A stretch of DNA of 64,000 nucleotides from Patescibacteria group bacterium (GCA_038065455.1 JBBTQX010000008.1:4257-68256); one strand, 5' to 3'. Positions 39,558 to 50,042 are shown, counted from the stretch's first letter. The notes: generated by a model from the letters alone, not told the origin. Numbers and translations are program-made.

Positions 39558-40085
39558 TTATCTCCAGTTAAAAAAATGATCTTCCAAATTCACTTCCTTG
39601 GCCTCATTTTTATCCGCCCACTGGACGATGGAATTTATCGTTATCTCCTTATTGTCGGTGCTGTTCACTATTTTAATTGTTCTTTTGAATATGGTCGACA
39701 CGCTGCCGGAGCCGGAGATGTAGTCGTAGATACCCGTCCCGGAATGAAAAATGAGGGGATTAGAATTGAAACTGGTCACACTAATCAAACTACTATTGGA
39801 AGAATTGTAAGTCGCTTCATAATTCCCATTCGACAAAACGGCGCCCCATGGTTTTCCTTGCGTATAGTTCTCATCCGCGATGCTTTTCATTACCTCAATA
39901 CCTTCCGCGGCAAGATAGGTCGCGGTGAGCTTGTTTGCCGCGTTCCGATTGAAAGCGATTGAGTTGGAAAGCAGGGTGAGTATTCCCAAGAGGCCGATGA
40001 CCACTAGACTCATGGCAACCACCGACTCGATGAGTACTTGACCCTTCTGACTTTTCAATTCGTCTTTGGGGGAAAATTTTTTCAT
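39558..40085 (-). CDS. minor pilin (prepilin-like)
   Basis: GQVLIESVVAMSLVVIGLLGIL has a prepilin-like N-terminus with E at +5. Confidence 0.55.
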   Translation of the reverse strand: MKKFSPKDELKSQKGQVLIESVVAMSLVVIGLLGILTLLSNSIAFNRNAANKLTATYLAAEGIEVMKSIADENYTQGKPWGAVLSNGNYEATYNSSNSSLISVTSFNSNPLIFHSGTGIYDYISGSGSVSTIFKRTIKIVNSTDNKEITINSIVQWADKNEAKEVNLEDHFFNWR

Positions 40086-40657
40086 TGCGTACTTATTTGA
40101 CCAGTATCGTTTATAATAACGGTTTTCGAATTTCCGCCTGCGGGAGTAGAAATTTTCAAATTAACGGGCAAGGCCACAGTCGAAACGACGCCGAGTTCCG
40201 GCGGAACGAACATAATATCAACCATACCCCCGGCCGCAATCTGCGTCTGCGTTCCGGCCAAGTTAGACGAAATCGAAATTTCAAAAATCAGGCCTTTTTC
40301 AAGAGCAAAATCTTGAATCGATTCACCGGAATTATAAGTAAAACTACCATTATAAGTGCCATCGAATTCTTTGCAGAATTTTTTAGTCGATGACTTCAAA
40401 TCCTGAAAAAGCGAAAAGTCCAGCGAACCGGCCGTGAAATGGATGCCGAAAGCGCAGGAATCGGGACTTTTATTGTATTTTTCGGCGGCCAGCGCCCGGG
40501 CCCGGTTCAAAAGACCCACCACCATCGCTTCCTCCTTAAAAAGCTTCAACTGCTCCGCACCGGAACGATTATAAATCAAAGTCATGCCGGAAAGAATGCC
40601 GATAATGGCGATAACGACGAGCATTTCAATAATGGTAGAACCTCCTTTCTTCTTCAT
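40082..40657 (-). CDS. prepilin-type minor pilin (PilV-like)
   Basis: GSTIIEMLVVIAIIGILSG. Confidence 0.65.
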   Translation of the reverse strand: MKKKGGSTIIEMLVVIAIIGILSGMTLIYNRSGAEQLKLFKEEAMVVGLLNRARALAAEKYNKSPDSCAFGIHFTAGSLDFSLFQDLKSSTKKFCKEFDGTYNGSFTYNSGESIQDFALEKGLIFEISISSNLAGTQTQIAAGGMVDIMFVPPELGVVSTVALPVNLKISTPAGGNSKTVIINDTGQISTQ

Positions 40658-40691
40658 TACTCCTAATTATACTATAAGTCCCTTAAGAGAG

Positions 40692-41594
40692 TTATATTCC
40701 AAAAAGGGAGAAATACCAACCGATAATGCCGTGGCCAAAAAATACCGTGGCAAAAACAGCGAGCACAAAAAACGGAGCGAAGGGAAGCTTGTCTTTCATT
40801 TCTTTCTTACCAGAAACGAGAAAACCGCCGCCTATAATGCCGCCAAAAAGAAAGGATAACATAATCGCAAGGGCGATATCCGGCCAACCCAAGACTAAGC
40901 CGGAAGCGATCGCCAGCTTCACATCGCCCATGCCCATTCCCCGGCCCCGGCTTGCGAAAACCAAAAAACCGAAAAAGAGCCCTCCGGCAGCCATACCCAG
41001 CAATCTGTTCAAAATAACACTTTGGAATGGCGAGAAAATGAGCCGGTACTGTTCCAAAAATGAATCTCGAAACGGGAATAATTTGTCGCCATAGACGAGA
41101 ATTAACACTCCAATCAGAACGCCCAAAAACGCGAGAAGAAAGTTTAATTCGTTTGGAATTATGTATTCCCGGAGATCGATTGCCGCGATTACGAGCCAAG
41201 CGAGAAAAACGGCAATCCAGGCGAGTAAAAGGGCATAATACCACCACTCCAAACCGAGACTCATGAAAGATTGTAGGCCTACGTTGTAAAAACCGTTCAA
41301 AAACCAGGGCAGGCCGGCGAATATCGCTCCGCTCAAGAATTCGATGACGGGATACTGGAAAGAAAGTTTATGACCGCACTCCCGGCATTTTCCTTTCTGG
41401 ATAAAAAAACTCCAGAGTGGGACAAGTTCCCCTGCTTTTAGTTCATGATTACAATGTGGGCAATGCGATCGGCCGCTAAGCCTTTTGATATTCCAAAGAT
41501 TTTCCTCGGAATTATACCGAAAAATTAAAACGTTTAGGAAACTCCCTATCGCCAATCCGAAGACGAAAAGGGCAATAAAAAAAACTGTTATCAT
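40692..41594 (-). CDS. pilD: prepilin peptidase (A24 family) with N-terminal tetra-Cys zinc motif
   Basis: CPHCNHEL...CRECGHKL, polytopic, conserved Asp boxes. Confidence 0.88.
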   Translation of the reverse strand: MITVFFIALFVFGLAIGSFLNVLIFRYNSEENLWNIKRLSGRSHCPHCNHELKAGELVPLWSFFIQKGKCRECGHKLSFQYPVIEFLSGAIFAGLPWFLNGFYNVGLQSFMSLGLEWWYYALLLAWIAVFLAWLVIAAIDLREYIIPNELNFLLAFLGVLIGVLILVYGDKLFPFRDSFLEQYRLIFSPFQSVILNRLLGMAAGGLFFGFLVFASRGRGMGMGDVKLAIASGLVLGWPDIALAIMLSFLFGGIIGGGFLVSGKKEMKDKLPFAPFFVLAVFATVFFGHGIIGWYFSLFGI

Positions 41595-41609
41595 TATCGA
41601 ATATTGGAA

Positions 41610-42065
41610 TTACTGAACGGGACAGATCGAAGAGCTCGGCTCGACGGTCGTAGTCACGGAATGTCCTACGGAATCAATACAGTAATATTGAAACACCGGA
41701 TTCGATGAATCCCCCGTCGTGGTATTTAATTTGGAATAGGCGGTATAAGCCTTATAGGGCGACGGATTAATAATTGTGAGGGTTCCCCCTTGAAGGGTTA
41801 TGTCGTCCGCCAACTCCTTAAGATTTTGATTGTTTATTTCAATAACGGATGGTAATTGGGGTAAAGTATTATAGGTCCCGTTATACATCGTCTCAGCCAA
41901 AGAACGGACTTGATTCACCTCCTGGATAATTCGCGAATCCTTAGCTTTATCCTTGGCAGGCCCGAGAGCCGTAAGAACAACTGATGAAAGGAGGCCAATC
42001 ACGGCTACCACGACGAGCATTTCTATTAAAGTAAAACCTTTTTGGCTCTTAATTCCGATAGTCAT
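41610..42065 (-). CDS. type IV pilin
   Basis: KGFTLIEMLVVVAVIGLLSSVVL is a class III signal peptide. Confidence 0.85.
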   Translation of the reverse strand: MTIGIKSQKGFTLIEMLVVVAVIGLLSSVVLTALGPAKDKAKDSRIIQEVNQVRSLAETMYNGTYNTLPQLPSVIEINNQNLKELADDITLQGGTLTIINPSPYKAYTAYSKLNTTTGDSSNPVFQYYCIDSVGHSVTTTVEPSSSICPVQ

Positions 42066-42124
42066 TGTTTAATTATACCACAAAGCACCCCAACGGGAGT
42101 GCTTTGTTTTCTTTGTCGATAATT

Positions 42125-42538
42125 TTAATTGCAAGTTCCATCCGCCGCAGATGTAATAGAAGCGATTTCACCACCGAAACCGTCGCTATCCAGACAATAT
42201 ATCTTGGTTGAATTGAGAGTGGCGTAAAACGCGACCGTAGTCGCTCCCGTCGCCGGCATAACAGCAAAACCTGTTCCCCCATTAGCTGTAATGTCCGTCG
42301 AAGCGATTGTGACGCTGGCATTCGCTTTCAAAGCGGTTGAATCAGGGTATTTTCCCGTCGTTCCGTTGTATAAAGTTTCAGCTATCACTTGAATCTGCCG
42401 AAGATCGGAGATAATCCTCGTGTCTTTCGCTTTTGTCCTTGACGGACCCAAAGCCACCAAAACCACGGAAGACAAAAGCCCGATAATCGCGATAACGACC
42501 AGCATTTCTATCAGCGTAAAACCTTTATTGTTTTTCAT
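42125..42538 (-). CDS. type IV pilin (paralog)
   Basis: KGFTLIEMLVVIAIIGLLSSVVL, near-identical N-terminus to the adjacent pilin. Confidence 0.85.
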   Translation of the reverse strand: MKNNKGFTLIEMLVVIAIIGLLSSVVLVALGPSRTKAKDTRIISDLRQIQVIAETLYNGTTGKYPDSTALKANASVTIASTDITANGGTGFAVMPATGATTVAFYATLNSTKIYCLDSDGFGGEIASITSAADGTCN

Positions 42539-42591
42539 ATGTTTGATTTTTTTCGACCCTTTAGATTAATACTCTTATTATAGCATATTGT

Positions 42592-43800
42592 TCAGAAAAT
42601 CTTGGACAGGTTGTAGATGGGGAGAAGTATGGAGGCGAAGAGAATGGCCACGACGACGCCGATCACGACCATGAGCACGGGCTGAAGGAGTGTTACCAGA
42701 TTATTGACCGTATCGTCCACCTGCCGAGTGTAGAAGTCATTTATTTTGGACATCAAGTCTTCCAATCGTCCAGTGGACTCCCCGACGCTCAAGAGTTGGG
42801 AAACCAGAAGCGGGAATTCGGGCATTGCCGCGAGCGCCTGAGAAAGAAGCTTGCCTTTCCTGATTTGCTGGGCCACATCGTGGAGCAATTCCGCATAAAC
42901 CGTGTTTCCGATGGTATGGGATGAAATCTCGACCGCCTGCGGGATAGTGAGTCCTCCCTTGATCAAAACCCGGGCCGATTCGGCAAAGCGGGAAATGTAG
43001 AGTTTTTGGAAAAGCGGACCGACAATCGGTATCTTCAGAATCAGCGTATCAAATACCACCTTGCCCTCGTCGGTCTGGAAGTAGTCAACCAGAAGTATCA
43101 CGACTGCCAAGATAGCAATAACAAAAAAGAACCACCAATCGGACATAAAATTACCGACCCCGAGAAGAACTTTGGTAAAAAACGGCAATTCGATATTGGC
43201 CTGGGAAAAAATCGGCGTAATCTGCGGAAAAACCATCGTAACCATTACAACAACCACAACGATGAAAAGTCCGATAACAAAAGCCGGATACATTAATGCA
43301 TTTTTCACCTTAGAAACCAGGGCATCCTGCTTTTCGAGATAGTCGGCGAGGAAGTTCAGCACCTCGGAAAGCCGGCCGGTTACCTCGGCGGATTTGACCA
43401 TATTCACATAAAAATCGGAGAAAATGCCGCGATGGCGTTCCAGTGCCTGCGAAAGAGAAAAGCCTGCATCTATGTCATTCGCGATTTCGTAAACCGCTTC
43501 TTTGAGAACGGGTTTCGCTGTTTGCTTGTAAAGATTAGCCAAACTGTCCGAGAGCGGCACTTGGGAAGCCAGAAGCGTCGCGAACTGCCTCGTGAAAATC
43601 ATAAGATCGGTGGTCTTGACCCGTTTGAAAAATTCCAATATGCGATTATACCAGGCATTTTCCACGATAGGCTCGACTGAGAGAACATAAAGTTCGTGGC
43701 TCAAAAGAATCGAGAGCACGGCTTCGCGGCTTACCGCCTCCACGTTGCCCACTTGGAGCTCGCCGTCCTTCGTTCTGGCTTTGTAGTTGAATTTCGCCAT
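42592..43800 (-). CDS. pilC: type IV pilus platform protein (GspF family)
   Basis: 402 aa, two GspF repeats, three TM helices. Confidence 0.85.
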   Translation of the reverse strand: MAKFNYKARTKDGELQVGNVEAVSREAVLSILLSHELYVLSVEPIVENAWYNRILEFFKRVKTTDLMIFTRQFATLLASQVPLSDSLANLYKQTAKPVLKEAVYEIANDIDAGFSLSQALERHRGIFSDFYVNMVKSAEVTGRLSEVLNFLADYLEKQDALVSKVKNALMYPAFVIGLFIVVVVVMVTMVFPQITPIFSQANIELPFFTKVLLGVGNFMSDWWFFFVIAILAVVILLVDYFQTDEGKVVFDTLILKIPIVGPLFQKLYISRFAESARVLIKGGLTIPQAVEISSHTIGNTVYAELLHDVAQQIRKGKLLSQALAAMPEFPLLVSQLLSVGESTGRLEDLMSKINDFYTRQVDDTVNNLVTLLQPVLMVVIGVVVAILFASILLPIYNLSKIF

Positions 43801-43817
43801 TGTTCTTTAATTATATC

Positions 43818-44891
43818 CTAGCTCCGTTCCAAAAGTATCCTTAACTCGGACGGATTCAAGGAATGGGCTTCCGCCTGTTCGAGCGAGATTTCCTTACGCT
43901 TCAAAAGATTCACGAGCGAACGATTTAAAGACATCATGCCTTCCTGGACGTTTGTTTCGATTACGAGGTCAATCTGGTAGATTTTCTTCTCGCGGATGAG
44001 ATTGCGAATAGCCGGATTCATCAGCATTATCTCCGTTGCCGGAATACGCCCGCCGCCCACCCGCGGGATGAGCCTTTCGGAAATGATGCCCACTAAAGTC
44101 GAGGCGAGTTGGGAAATAATCTGGCCTTGCTGACTTGGCGGAAAACTGTCAATAATGCGGTCGATCGTCTGGGAAGCGGAGTTGGTATGGAGCGTGGAAA
44201 AAACCAAATGCCCCGTCTCGGCCGCAGTCATCGCAGTCGCGATCGTTTCCGGGTCGCGCATCTCGCCTATCATAATAACATCGGGGTCCTGCCTTAAGAC
44301 CGCCCGCAAAGCGTCGTTAAAAGAAAGAGTATCCATACCTACTTCCCGCTGGGAGATAATGCACCGGTCCTGGGAGAAAATATATTCAATCGGGTCCTCG
44401 ACAGTGATTATATGAACGTTTCGCTTATGGTTCACTTCATCCAAGAGCGCCGCGAGCGTGGTGGATTTGCCATGACCGGCCGGGCCCACAACCAAAACGA
44501 AACCTTGGTTCAGTTTCGCGAAGTCGTGCAGTAAAGGCGGCATATTCAATTCCTCGATAGTTTTAATCTGCGCCGGAATCAGCCGCAGGGCCGCCGCCGC
44601 GAAACCGCGCTGGAGATAAACATTGACCCGGAAACGAGCCTTGTCTTCGTAGTTGAAAGAGAAGTCCACCTGTTTCTTTTCCAAAAAAGTTTTCTTTTGG
44701 TCTTCCGTCAGAAGCGCGAAAATCAGCCCCTCGGCTTCTTCTTTTGTTAAGATGGATTCCTGGGCGAGCGGTATCAAAACGCTATCGACTCTGATAGTCG
44801 GCCGCCGGCCGACCGCCAAATGGATGTCGGAGGCATTTTGTTTCGCCGTCGCGAGAAGCAACTCGTTCAGTTTTTGTTTATAGTCGGTCAT
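43818..44891 (-). CDS. pilT: twitching-motility retraction ATPase
   Basis: 357 aa, Walker A GPAGHGKST, Asp/His boxes. Lacks the N-terminal GSPII_E N domain. Confidence 0.85.
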   Translation of the reverse strand: MTDYKQKLNELLLATAKQNASDIHLAVGRRPTIRVDSVLIPLAQESILTKEEAEGLIFALLTEDQKKTFLEKKQVDFSFNYEDKARFRVNVYLQRGFAAAALRLIPAQIKTIEELNMPPLLHDFAKLNQGFVLVVGPAGHGKSTTLAALLDEVNHKRNVHIITVEDPIEYIFSQDRCIISQREVGMDTLSFNDALRAVLRQDPDVIMIGEMRDPETIATAMTAAETGHLVFSTLHTNSASQTIDRIIDSFPPSQQGQIISQLASTLVGIISERLIPRVGGGRIPATEIMLMNPAIRNLIREKKIYQIDLVIETNVQEGMMSLNRSLVNLLKRKEISLEQAEAHSLNPSELRILLERS

Positions 44892-44898
44892 TTTAAAA

Positions 44899-46629
44899 TT
44901 ATTCCGTCTCTCTCAAGACTTCTTCCAGTATAACCTCACCTGCCAATGCTTTCAAAATGCCGTCTTGGCGCAAAGTCACCATTCCCTGGCGCTTTGCCTC
45001 ATCTACAAGCGCGCTTTCCGAAAAACCTTTATTAATTACATCGCTCAATTCCCGAGTCATTTTGAATATTTCGAAGATTGCCACCCGGCCGGACGTTCCT
45101 TTGCCTTTGCAGGTTTTGCAATTTAAATCATTGCCCGCCCGCCAAACGGCGAACGGCGCTTTTCCTTTGACGGCGGCGCGGAGAATTTCCGGCAATTTTT
45201 CCGTTTCTTCCTTGATTATTTTTTGGAGTTCGGCGGATGGAACGGCTTCTTTTTTGCAATCGGGACAGAGCCGGGAAACCAGGCGCTGGGCCAGCATCAA
45301 ATTCAAGGATGATGAAAGGAGGAAATTCGGCACGCCCAAATCAACAAGCCTAGGAATGACTCCGATGGCATTATTCGTATGGAGCGTCGAGAGCATCAAA
45401 TGGCCGGTTAAAGCGGCGTTCACCGCCAAGCTCGCTGTTTCGGAATCGCGAATCTCGCCGACCATCACGATATCGGGATCCTGCCGCAATATTTGGCGCA
45501 AACCGGACGAAAAATCATAGCCGATTTCCGGCTTCACCTGCGACTGGTTCACGCCTTCCATAAAATATTCCACCGGATCTTCGAGCGTGAGAATATTCAC
45601 CCGATCGGAATTCAATCTCTGCATCATGGCGTAAAGGGTCGTGCTTTTTCCGGAACCGGTGGGACCCGTGATTAATATCATTCCGAAAGGCGATTCCGCG
45701 GCGGCATCCAAAAGCCGAAAATTATATTCGTTTAATCCCAACTCCTTAAGACCCTTGAGGCCGGTTACGGGGTCCAAAACCCGGATGGCTACCTTCTCAC
45801 CGTTGGGCGTGGGGAAAGTGGCGACGCGGAAATCGATATCCCGCCCGGAAATAACGGCCCGGAAACGGCCATCCTGGGGTTTTCTCGTTTCATCTAATCT
45901 CAATCTCGAAAGCACTTTCACTCTGGAGACAATCGGCTGATTCAAAGTCGAAGGCAAAGAAGCCGCCTCTTCAAGCTCTCCGTCTACGCGAAAACGAATC
46001 CGCAAGCGGGCGCGCTGGGGCTCAATATGAATATCCGATGCCTTGAGTTCCACCGCTTCCCTTAAAGTCGATGCCACTACTTTTATAATCGGGGCGTCTT
46101 CCGCCGTTTGAGCCCCTTCTTCCAAAACCACCAGCAATTCATCCCGATTGCGGCTTTCTCCGATATCCTTGACGGCCGCTTCTATTTCCGTCCGATAAGG
46201 AGCATAGAGCCGCCAGACGAGCGCGAGATCGCCGGGGGTCACGATATAAACCCCTAAGCTCAAGCGCTCCCGTTTTGCGATGAATCTCAGGGCTTCTTGC
46301 GCCCGAACGTCGTCGGGCCTCAGCATCCCCACAATAAAAATGTCTTTCCTCTTTTCGAGGGGAATGACGCGGTAAGCCCGGGAGGTTTCCTGAGGAATGA
46401 GCGAAAGAAGCTCGAGCGGAATGGCCGCCGAATCAACTTTCTTGTATGGAATTTTCAGAAGCTCGCTCTTTGTTTCGGCCGCGGCAACTTCATCAACCAA
46501 TCGTTCTTCATAAAGAATGTCCTCCGGAAGGCGACCCCGCGCTCCGGCTTCTTTTAAAGCTTTATCCCCGATAGATTGGGAAAGCAGTCCTTTTTTGACT
46601 AACGCCTGGATAAATATTTGGTCGGTCAT
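44899..46629 (-). CDS. pilB: type IV pilus assembly ATPase (GspE family)
   Basis: 576 aa with N1/N2 domains, Walker A GPTGSGKST, tetra-Cys motif. Confidence 0.9.
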   Translation of the reverse strand: MTDQIFIQALVKKGLLSQSIGDKALKEAGARGRLPEDILYEERLVDEVAAAETKSELLKIPYKKVDSAAIPLELLSLIPQETSRAYRVIPLEKRKDIFIVGMLRPDDVRAQEALRFIAKRERLSLGVYIVTPGDLALVWRLYAPYRTEIEAAVKDIGESRNRDELLVVLEEGAQTAEDAPIIKVVASTLREAVELKASDIHIEPQRARLRIRFRVDGELEEAASLPSTLNQPIVSRVKVLSRLRLDETRKPQDGRFRAVISGRDIDFRVATFPTPNGEKVAIRVLDPVTGLKGLKELGLNEYNFRLLDAAAESPFGMILITGPTGSGKSTTLYAMMQRLNSDRVNILTLEDPVEYFMEGVNQSQVKPEIGYDFSSGLRQILRQDPDIVMVGEIRDSETASLAVNAALTGHLMLSTLHTNNAIGVIPRLVDLGVPNFLLSSSLNLMLAQRLVSRLCPDCKKEAVPSAELQKIIKEETEKLPEILRAAVKGKAPFAVWRAGNDLNCKTCKGKGTSGRVAIFEIFKMTRELSDVINKGFSESALVDEAKRQGMVTLRQDGILKALAGEVILEEVLRETE

Positions 46630-46637
46630 ATGTTTAT

Positions 46638-46703
46638 CTACGAATTACGAATCTTTTACGAATATACGAATTCGTATATTCGCGCGTTATTCGTAATTCG
46701 TAG
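46638..46703. promoter_or_regulatory. nested palindromes upstream of pilB: outer 15-nt inverted repeat ctacgaattacgaat/attcgtaattcgtag enclosing the 24-nt palindrome cgaatatacgaattcgtatattcg
   Basis: Perfect inverted repeats seen directly in the sequence, located in the pilB 5' region. Confidence 0.45.
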
Positions 46704-46708
46704 CTATT

Positions 46709-46999
46709 TTAATATGGCAAAAATGGATTGGAACGCCCCGGAGTGGGAATCTCTAATGACGCGCCGTAGTTATTCGTGAAATATTTATTGAGGGAATTCA
46801 CGACCGGCGCGGGGTCCACCTGCACCTGGGAAAGCTGATTAATGTTTGAAAGACTGCCCGGCACCACGACATCAATAAGTTCGGGTTTTTTGAAAAAAAT
46901 GAAATACAAAACCAGAAAAACTATTCCGATTACCGACGCAATGACGATAATATTGAACCAATTGACCGGCTTTTTATCTTGTTCGATTATAATGGCCAT
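46709..46999 (-). CDS. small membrane-anchored protein in the pilus operon, hypothetical
   Basis: TM helix IIVIASVIGIVFLVLYFIFF. Lies between pilO-like and pilB. Confidence 0.4.
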   Translation of the reverse strand: MAIIIEQDKKPVNWFNIIVIASVIGIVFLVLYFIFFKKPELIDVVVPGSLSNINQLSQVQVDPAPVVNSLNKYFTNNYGASLEIPTPGRSNPFLPY

Positions 47000-47014
47000 T
47001 TTATTTTTACCTGG

Positions 47015-47620
47015 TTAATTTTCCTGATAGAACGCGACGACGTTCAGTTCCAAAGAATAGGTCGGATTTCTGCCCAAACCTGCCTGCGCAGGCAGGCCCG
47101 TTTGGCTTCCCGGAGTAGTCCGAAAAGTAAATGAGGTAACGTTCATCACCCGCGCGTTCGTCTCTATCGAATTCAGGAATTGCTTGAGCGCGCCATAGCC
47201 GCCCGTAGCACTCACCTTGGTCGGAATATTCTGGAGCTTTTTGACCAAAGATTGGGCAACAACTTTCTGCTTGGATATCTTGTCGGATTGGATGTCGAGC
47301 GACTGCAGATTCACCTGGTTTGCGACCGAGATCGCCTGCCACTGATTAAGGGCCTGAGTGGTATTCGGCCCGATAGGCACGGCAAGACCGACTGTTTCCT
47401 GAAGTTTGGCGGCGGATTTAAATTGACTGATAAGGCTGGCTACTTGAGCAACAGCCGCTTTCTGACTGTTATAGAGATTTATTTTTGAAGCAACAACTGA
47501 TTGGAGCGCGCTTGAAGCCGTAATCTCCGGTTGAATCAGGCTCCCGTAAACGACGAGCGTCGCCATCAGAAAGAAGGCCGAGAGGAGGATGCTTAAAATT
47601 CTTTTGCTGGAAGTTTTCAT
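47015..47620 (-). CDS. pilO: PilO-like pilus assembly protein
   Basis: N-terminal TM, coiled-coil then beta domain. Position after pilN. Confidence 0.6.
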   Translation of the reverse strand: MKTSSKRILSILLSAFFLMATLVVYGSLIQPEITASSALQSVVASKINLYNSQKAAVAQVASLISQFKSAAKLQETVGLAVPIGPNTTQALNQWQAISVANQVNLQSLDIQSDKISKQKVVAQSLVKKLQNIPTKVSATGGYGALKQFLNSIETNARVMNVTSFTFRTTPGSQTGLPAQAGLGRNPTYSLELNVVAFYQEN

Positions 47621-47624
47621 TTTC

Positions 47625-48182
47625 CTATATTGGCTTAGCTAGATATTCCGGTTGGAAATTCAACGATACCGAAAAATCCACCGTCCCGCTCGGATTGAAA
47701 TTAGTGGATTCAAGCATTGCGGAGTGAACTTCCGGTGCTTTTTCGAATTGCGCCAGTTGCTGAGCGAGCGCTTGAAGGGAAGGTGCCCGACCATTTAGTT
47801 CCAAATTATACGAGATAGAATTGAAATTTGCCTCCGTAAAGAAAGTTTGCGGCAAAGTGTTTTTTTCGAGGAAGGGGAAAATATTCGCCGAGAATATATG
47901 CTGACCAAGAACAGTCTTTAAATTCGCAATTTGGGAATAGAAGCCGACGAATTTCTGCTGTTCTTTTTGGCTGATGGAATTTGAAAGCTCTTCGAGTTGA
48001 GTATCCATACCCGCGGACCTGGTGTTTAAATAAGATTCGTATCCGATACTCATTCCAAAATAAATAAGGATGGAAAGAGCGAAAAGCACTCCGGAAAAAA
48101 CCATCAGACGCCAAGGCAGGCCGATAGATGTGGTCTCCGAGACGAATTGTTCATTTAGGCTTTTGGGTTGTCCTTCTGGCAT
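47625..48182 (-). CDS. pilN: PilN-like pilus assembly protein
   Basis: TM helix plus periplasmic coiled-coil. Position after pilM. Confidence 0.6.
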   Translation of the reverse strand: MPEGQPKSLNEQFVSETTSIGLPWRLMVFSGVLFALSILIYFGMSIGYESYLNTRSAGMDTQLEELSNSISQKEQQKFVGFYSQIANLKTVLGQHIFSANIFPFLEKNTLPQTFFTEANFNSISYNLELNGRAPSLQALAQQLAQFEKAPEVHSAMLESTNFNPSGTVDFSVSLNFQPEYLAKPI

Positions 48183-48192
48183 ATGTTTATTT

Positions 48193-49293
48193 TTATTGAG
48201 CGAAATATCTTTCGGCTAACCCGATTGCGACCGGCAATTCATTGTTTAATTTTTCGATTACCGGTTCCAATTTAATGTCGTAACCGACATTTCGAAAAAG
48301 ATTCTGGCTGATAATCGGCACGCTTATTTGGGAACCAAAATGTTCCGTTATCCCAAGCAGATTCGCTCCGCCGCCTATGAGCGAAACTTTTTCCACCTTC
48401 TTTCCGTAACGCCGTTCGTAAGCGTCTTTAGCGTGATTCACCTCCTGTATTATAACATCCAAGAACGGTTGGGTTAAAGTTGATAACTCCGATTCTGCTC
48501 CGCCCGAGAGAAGCCCCCGTCGGCGTTTCAATTCCTCCGCCCGCGCCACGCTTATGCCGAGACTCCGCGCAATCGCCTGCGTGAGATAAATGCCGCCGTA
48601 ATCCGTCTGACCGGAATAAAAAATATCGGCGCCTTCGCTTAAAAAAATATTGGTCGTTTCCGCGCCCAAATCCACAAAAAGCGTCGGCTTTTCCGCCGGA
48701 AGCGAGCGAATAATAGACAAACCGTCCATCTCCAAAGCGACAAGTTTGAGTCCCGCTTCCCTGAAAATAGTTTTGTATCTTTGAATAATTTCCTTGGGAA
48801 TGCCGATGAGAAATATTCTTTGGTAACGGACGCGGTCGGCATTGTCATATTCCCCCGCTTTCACCCAATCCAAAATCACCTCGCTCATCGGAAGCGGAAT
48901 ATATTGGGGCGCCTGAAACTCCACCGCCTTGCGGGTTTCTTCCGGAGAAAGAACCGGCATATCGAGCATTGTCGTAAAAGCGGTAAAAGCCGGAATAGAC
49001 CCGACGGCGATGCGCGACTTTGTTTTCATTTCCCGCAGGAGGATTTTGAGCGTTTCCGCCGTCTCTTTCTCGGAAATCTTGAGTGAACTGGATTGAATAA
49101 CCTGATTCGGATGAGCTAGATAATCTTTGGTTTCCAGAATACCGTAATTTATTAGAACCGGGCGCTCTTCTTTCCGGGAAAGTTCTGCTATCTTTATTGA
49201 AGTAGTACCGATATCGACACCTAGAACCGACCGGCCCCCAAAAAAATTGCCGATATCCGCGAAAAAATTGGAGATAGGATTTAAAAATTTCAT
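48193..49293 (-). CDS. pilM: type IV pilus assembly ATPase-fold protein PilM
   Basis: VLGVDIGTTSIKIAEL actin-like fold. Confidence 0.85.
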   Translation of the reverse strand: MKFLNPISNFFADIGNFFGGRSVLGVDIGTTSIKIAELSRKEERPVLINYGILETKDYLAHPNQVIQSSSLKISEKETAETLKILLREMKTKSRIAVGSIPAFTAFTTMLDMPVLSPEETRKAVEFQAPQYIPLPMSEVILDWVKAGEYDNADRVRYQRIFLIGIPKEIIQRYKTIFREAGLKLVALEMDGLSIIRSLPAEKPTLFVDLGAETTNIFLSEGADIFYSGQTDYGGIYLTQAIARSLGISVARAEELKRRRGLLSGGAESELSTLTQPFLDVIIQEVNHAKDAYERRYGKKVEKVSLIGGGANLLGITEHFGSQISVPIISQNLFRNVGYDIKLEPVIEKLNNELPVAIGLAERYFAQ

Positions 49294-49301
49294 TCTATTT
49301 T

Positions 49302-50042
49302 ATGAGTTTATCACAATATCTCCTTAACATCATCTTCCCGCCCATCTGCCTCTCCTGCAAAAAATATATCGTTCCCGATAAAGAGAAGAAATTCCTTGTT
49401 TGCCCGGATTGTCTTTCCAAACTCTCCTTTATGCCGGGTTTTTTGTGCCCCGTCTGTTTCAGAAGATTGCCCGAAGGGAAAATTCCTCCAGCCGGCGGAT
49501 GTCATTCCGACTCCCAGTTTATACTTGCCACTCCTCTCAAATATTCCGATCCAACGACTCGGGAACTTATCCATATGTTCAAATATGCCAAGCTCAAAGC
49601 CGCCGCCGAGCCGCTCGTCTCCATTCTCGGGGATTATTTGAATTCGTCCATTTGTAATTTGTCATTAGACATTAGGAATTTTGTTTTTATTCCCATTCCA
49701 TTACATCCGAAAAAACAAAGGGAACGCGGTTTTAACCAGGCGCTCGTCATTGCCGAAGGATTGAAAACTCGACTGAATATCTTTCGGGAGGTTCCCATTA
49801 TTTCCAACACGCTTTTCAAAAAAGAATCGACCAATTCCCAGACCGAACAGAAAGATTACGCGTCGCGGGAGAATAATGTCCGCGGCGGCTTCGGCCTGAG
49901 AAATCCGGAACTCGTTGTTGAAAAGAATGTTTTTATTGTTGACGATGTTTTCACTTCCGGCGCCACGATGCGGGAGGCCGTCCGAGTTTTGAAATCCGCC
50001 GGCGCGAAAAAGATTGTCGCGATTACTATCGCAAAGGCGTAG
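49302..50042 (+). CDS. comF: ComF-family phosphoribosyltransferase-domain protein
   Basis: N-terminal Cys cluster (CLSCKK..CPDC..CPVC) and PRT motif VFIVDDVFTSGATM. Confidence 0.8.
   Translation: MSLSQYLLNIIFPPICLSCKKYIVPDKEKKFLVCPDCLSKLSFMPGFLCPVCFRRLPEGKIPPAGGCHSDSQFILATPLKYSDPTTRELIHMFKYAKLKAAAEPLVSILGDYLNSSICNLSLDIRNFVFIPIPLHPKKQRERGFNQALVIAEGLKTRLNIFREVPIISNTLFKKESTNSQTEQKDYASRENNVRGGFGLRNPELVVEKNVFIVDDVFTSGATMREAVRVLKSAGAKKIVAITIAKA

Noticed and set aside
42066-42124. Hairpin aagcacccc-aacg-gggagtgctt between the two pilin genes as a terminator
   Set aside because: The T-run is on the plus strand while both flanking genes are on the minus strand. At most a weak attenuator, so not annotated as a feature.
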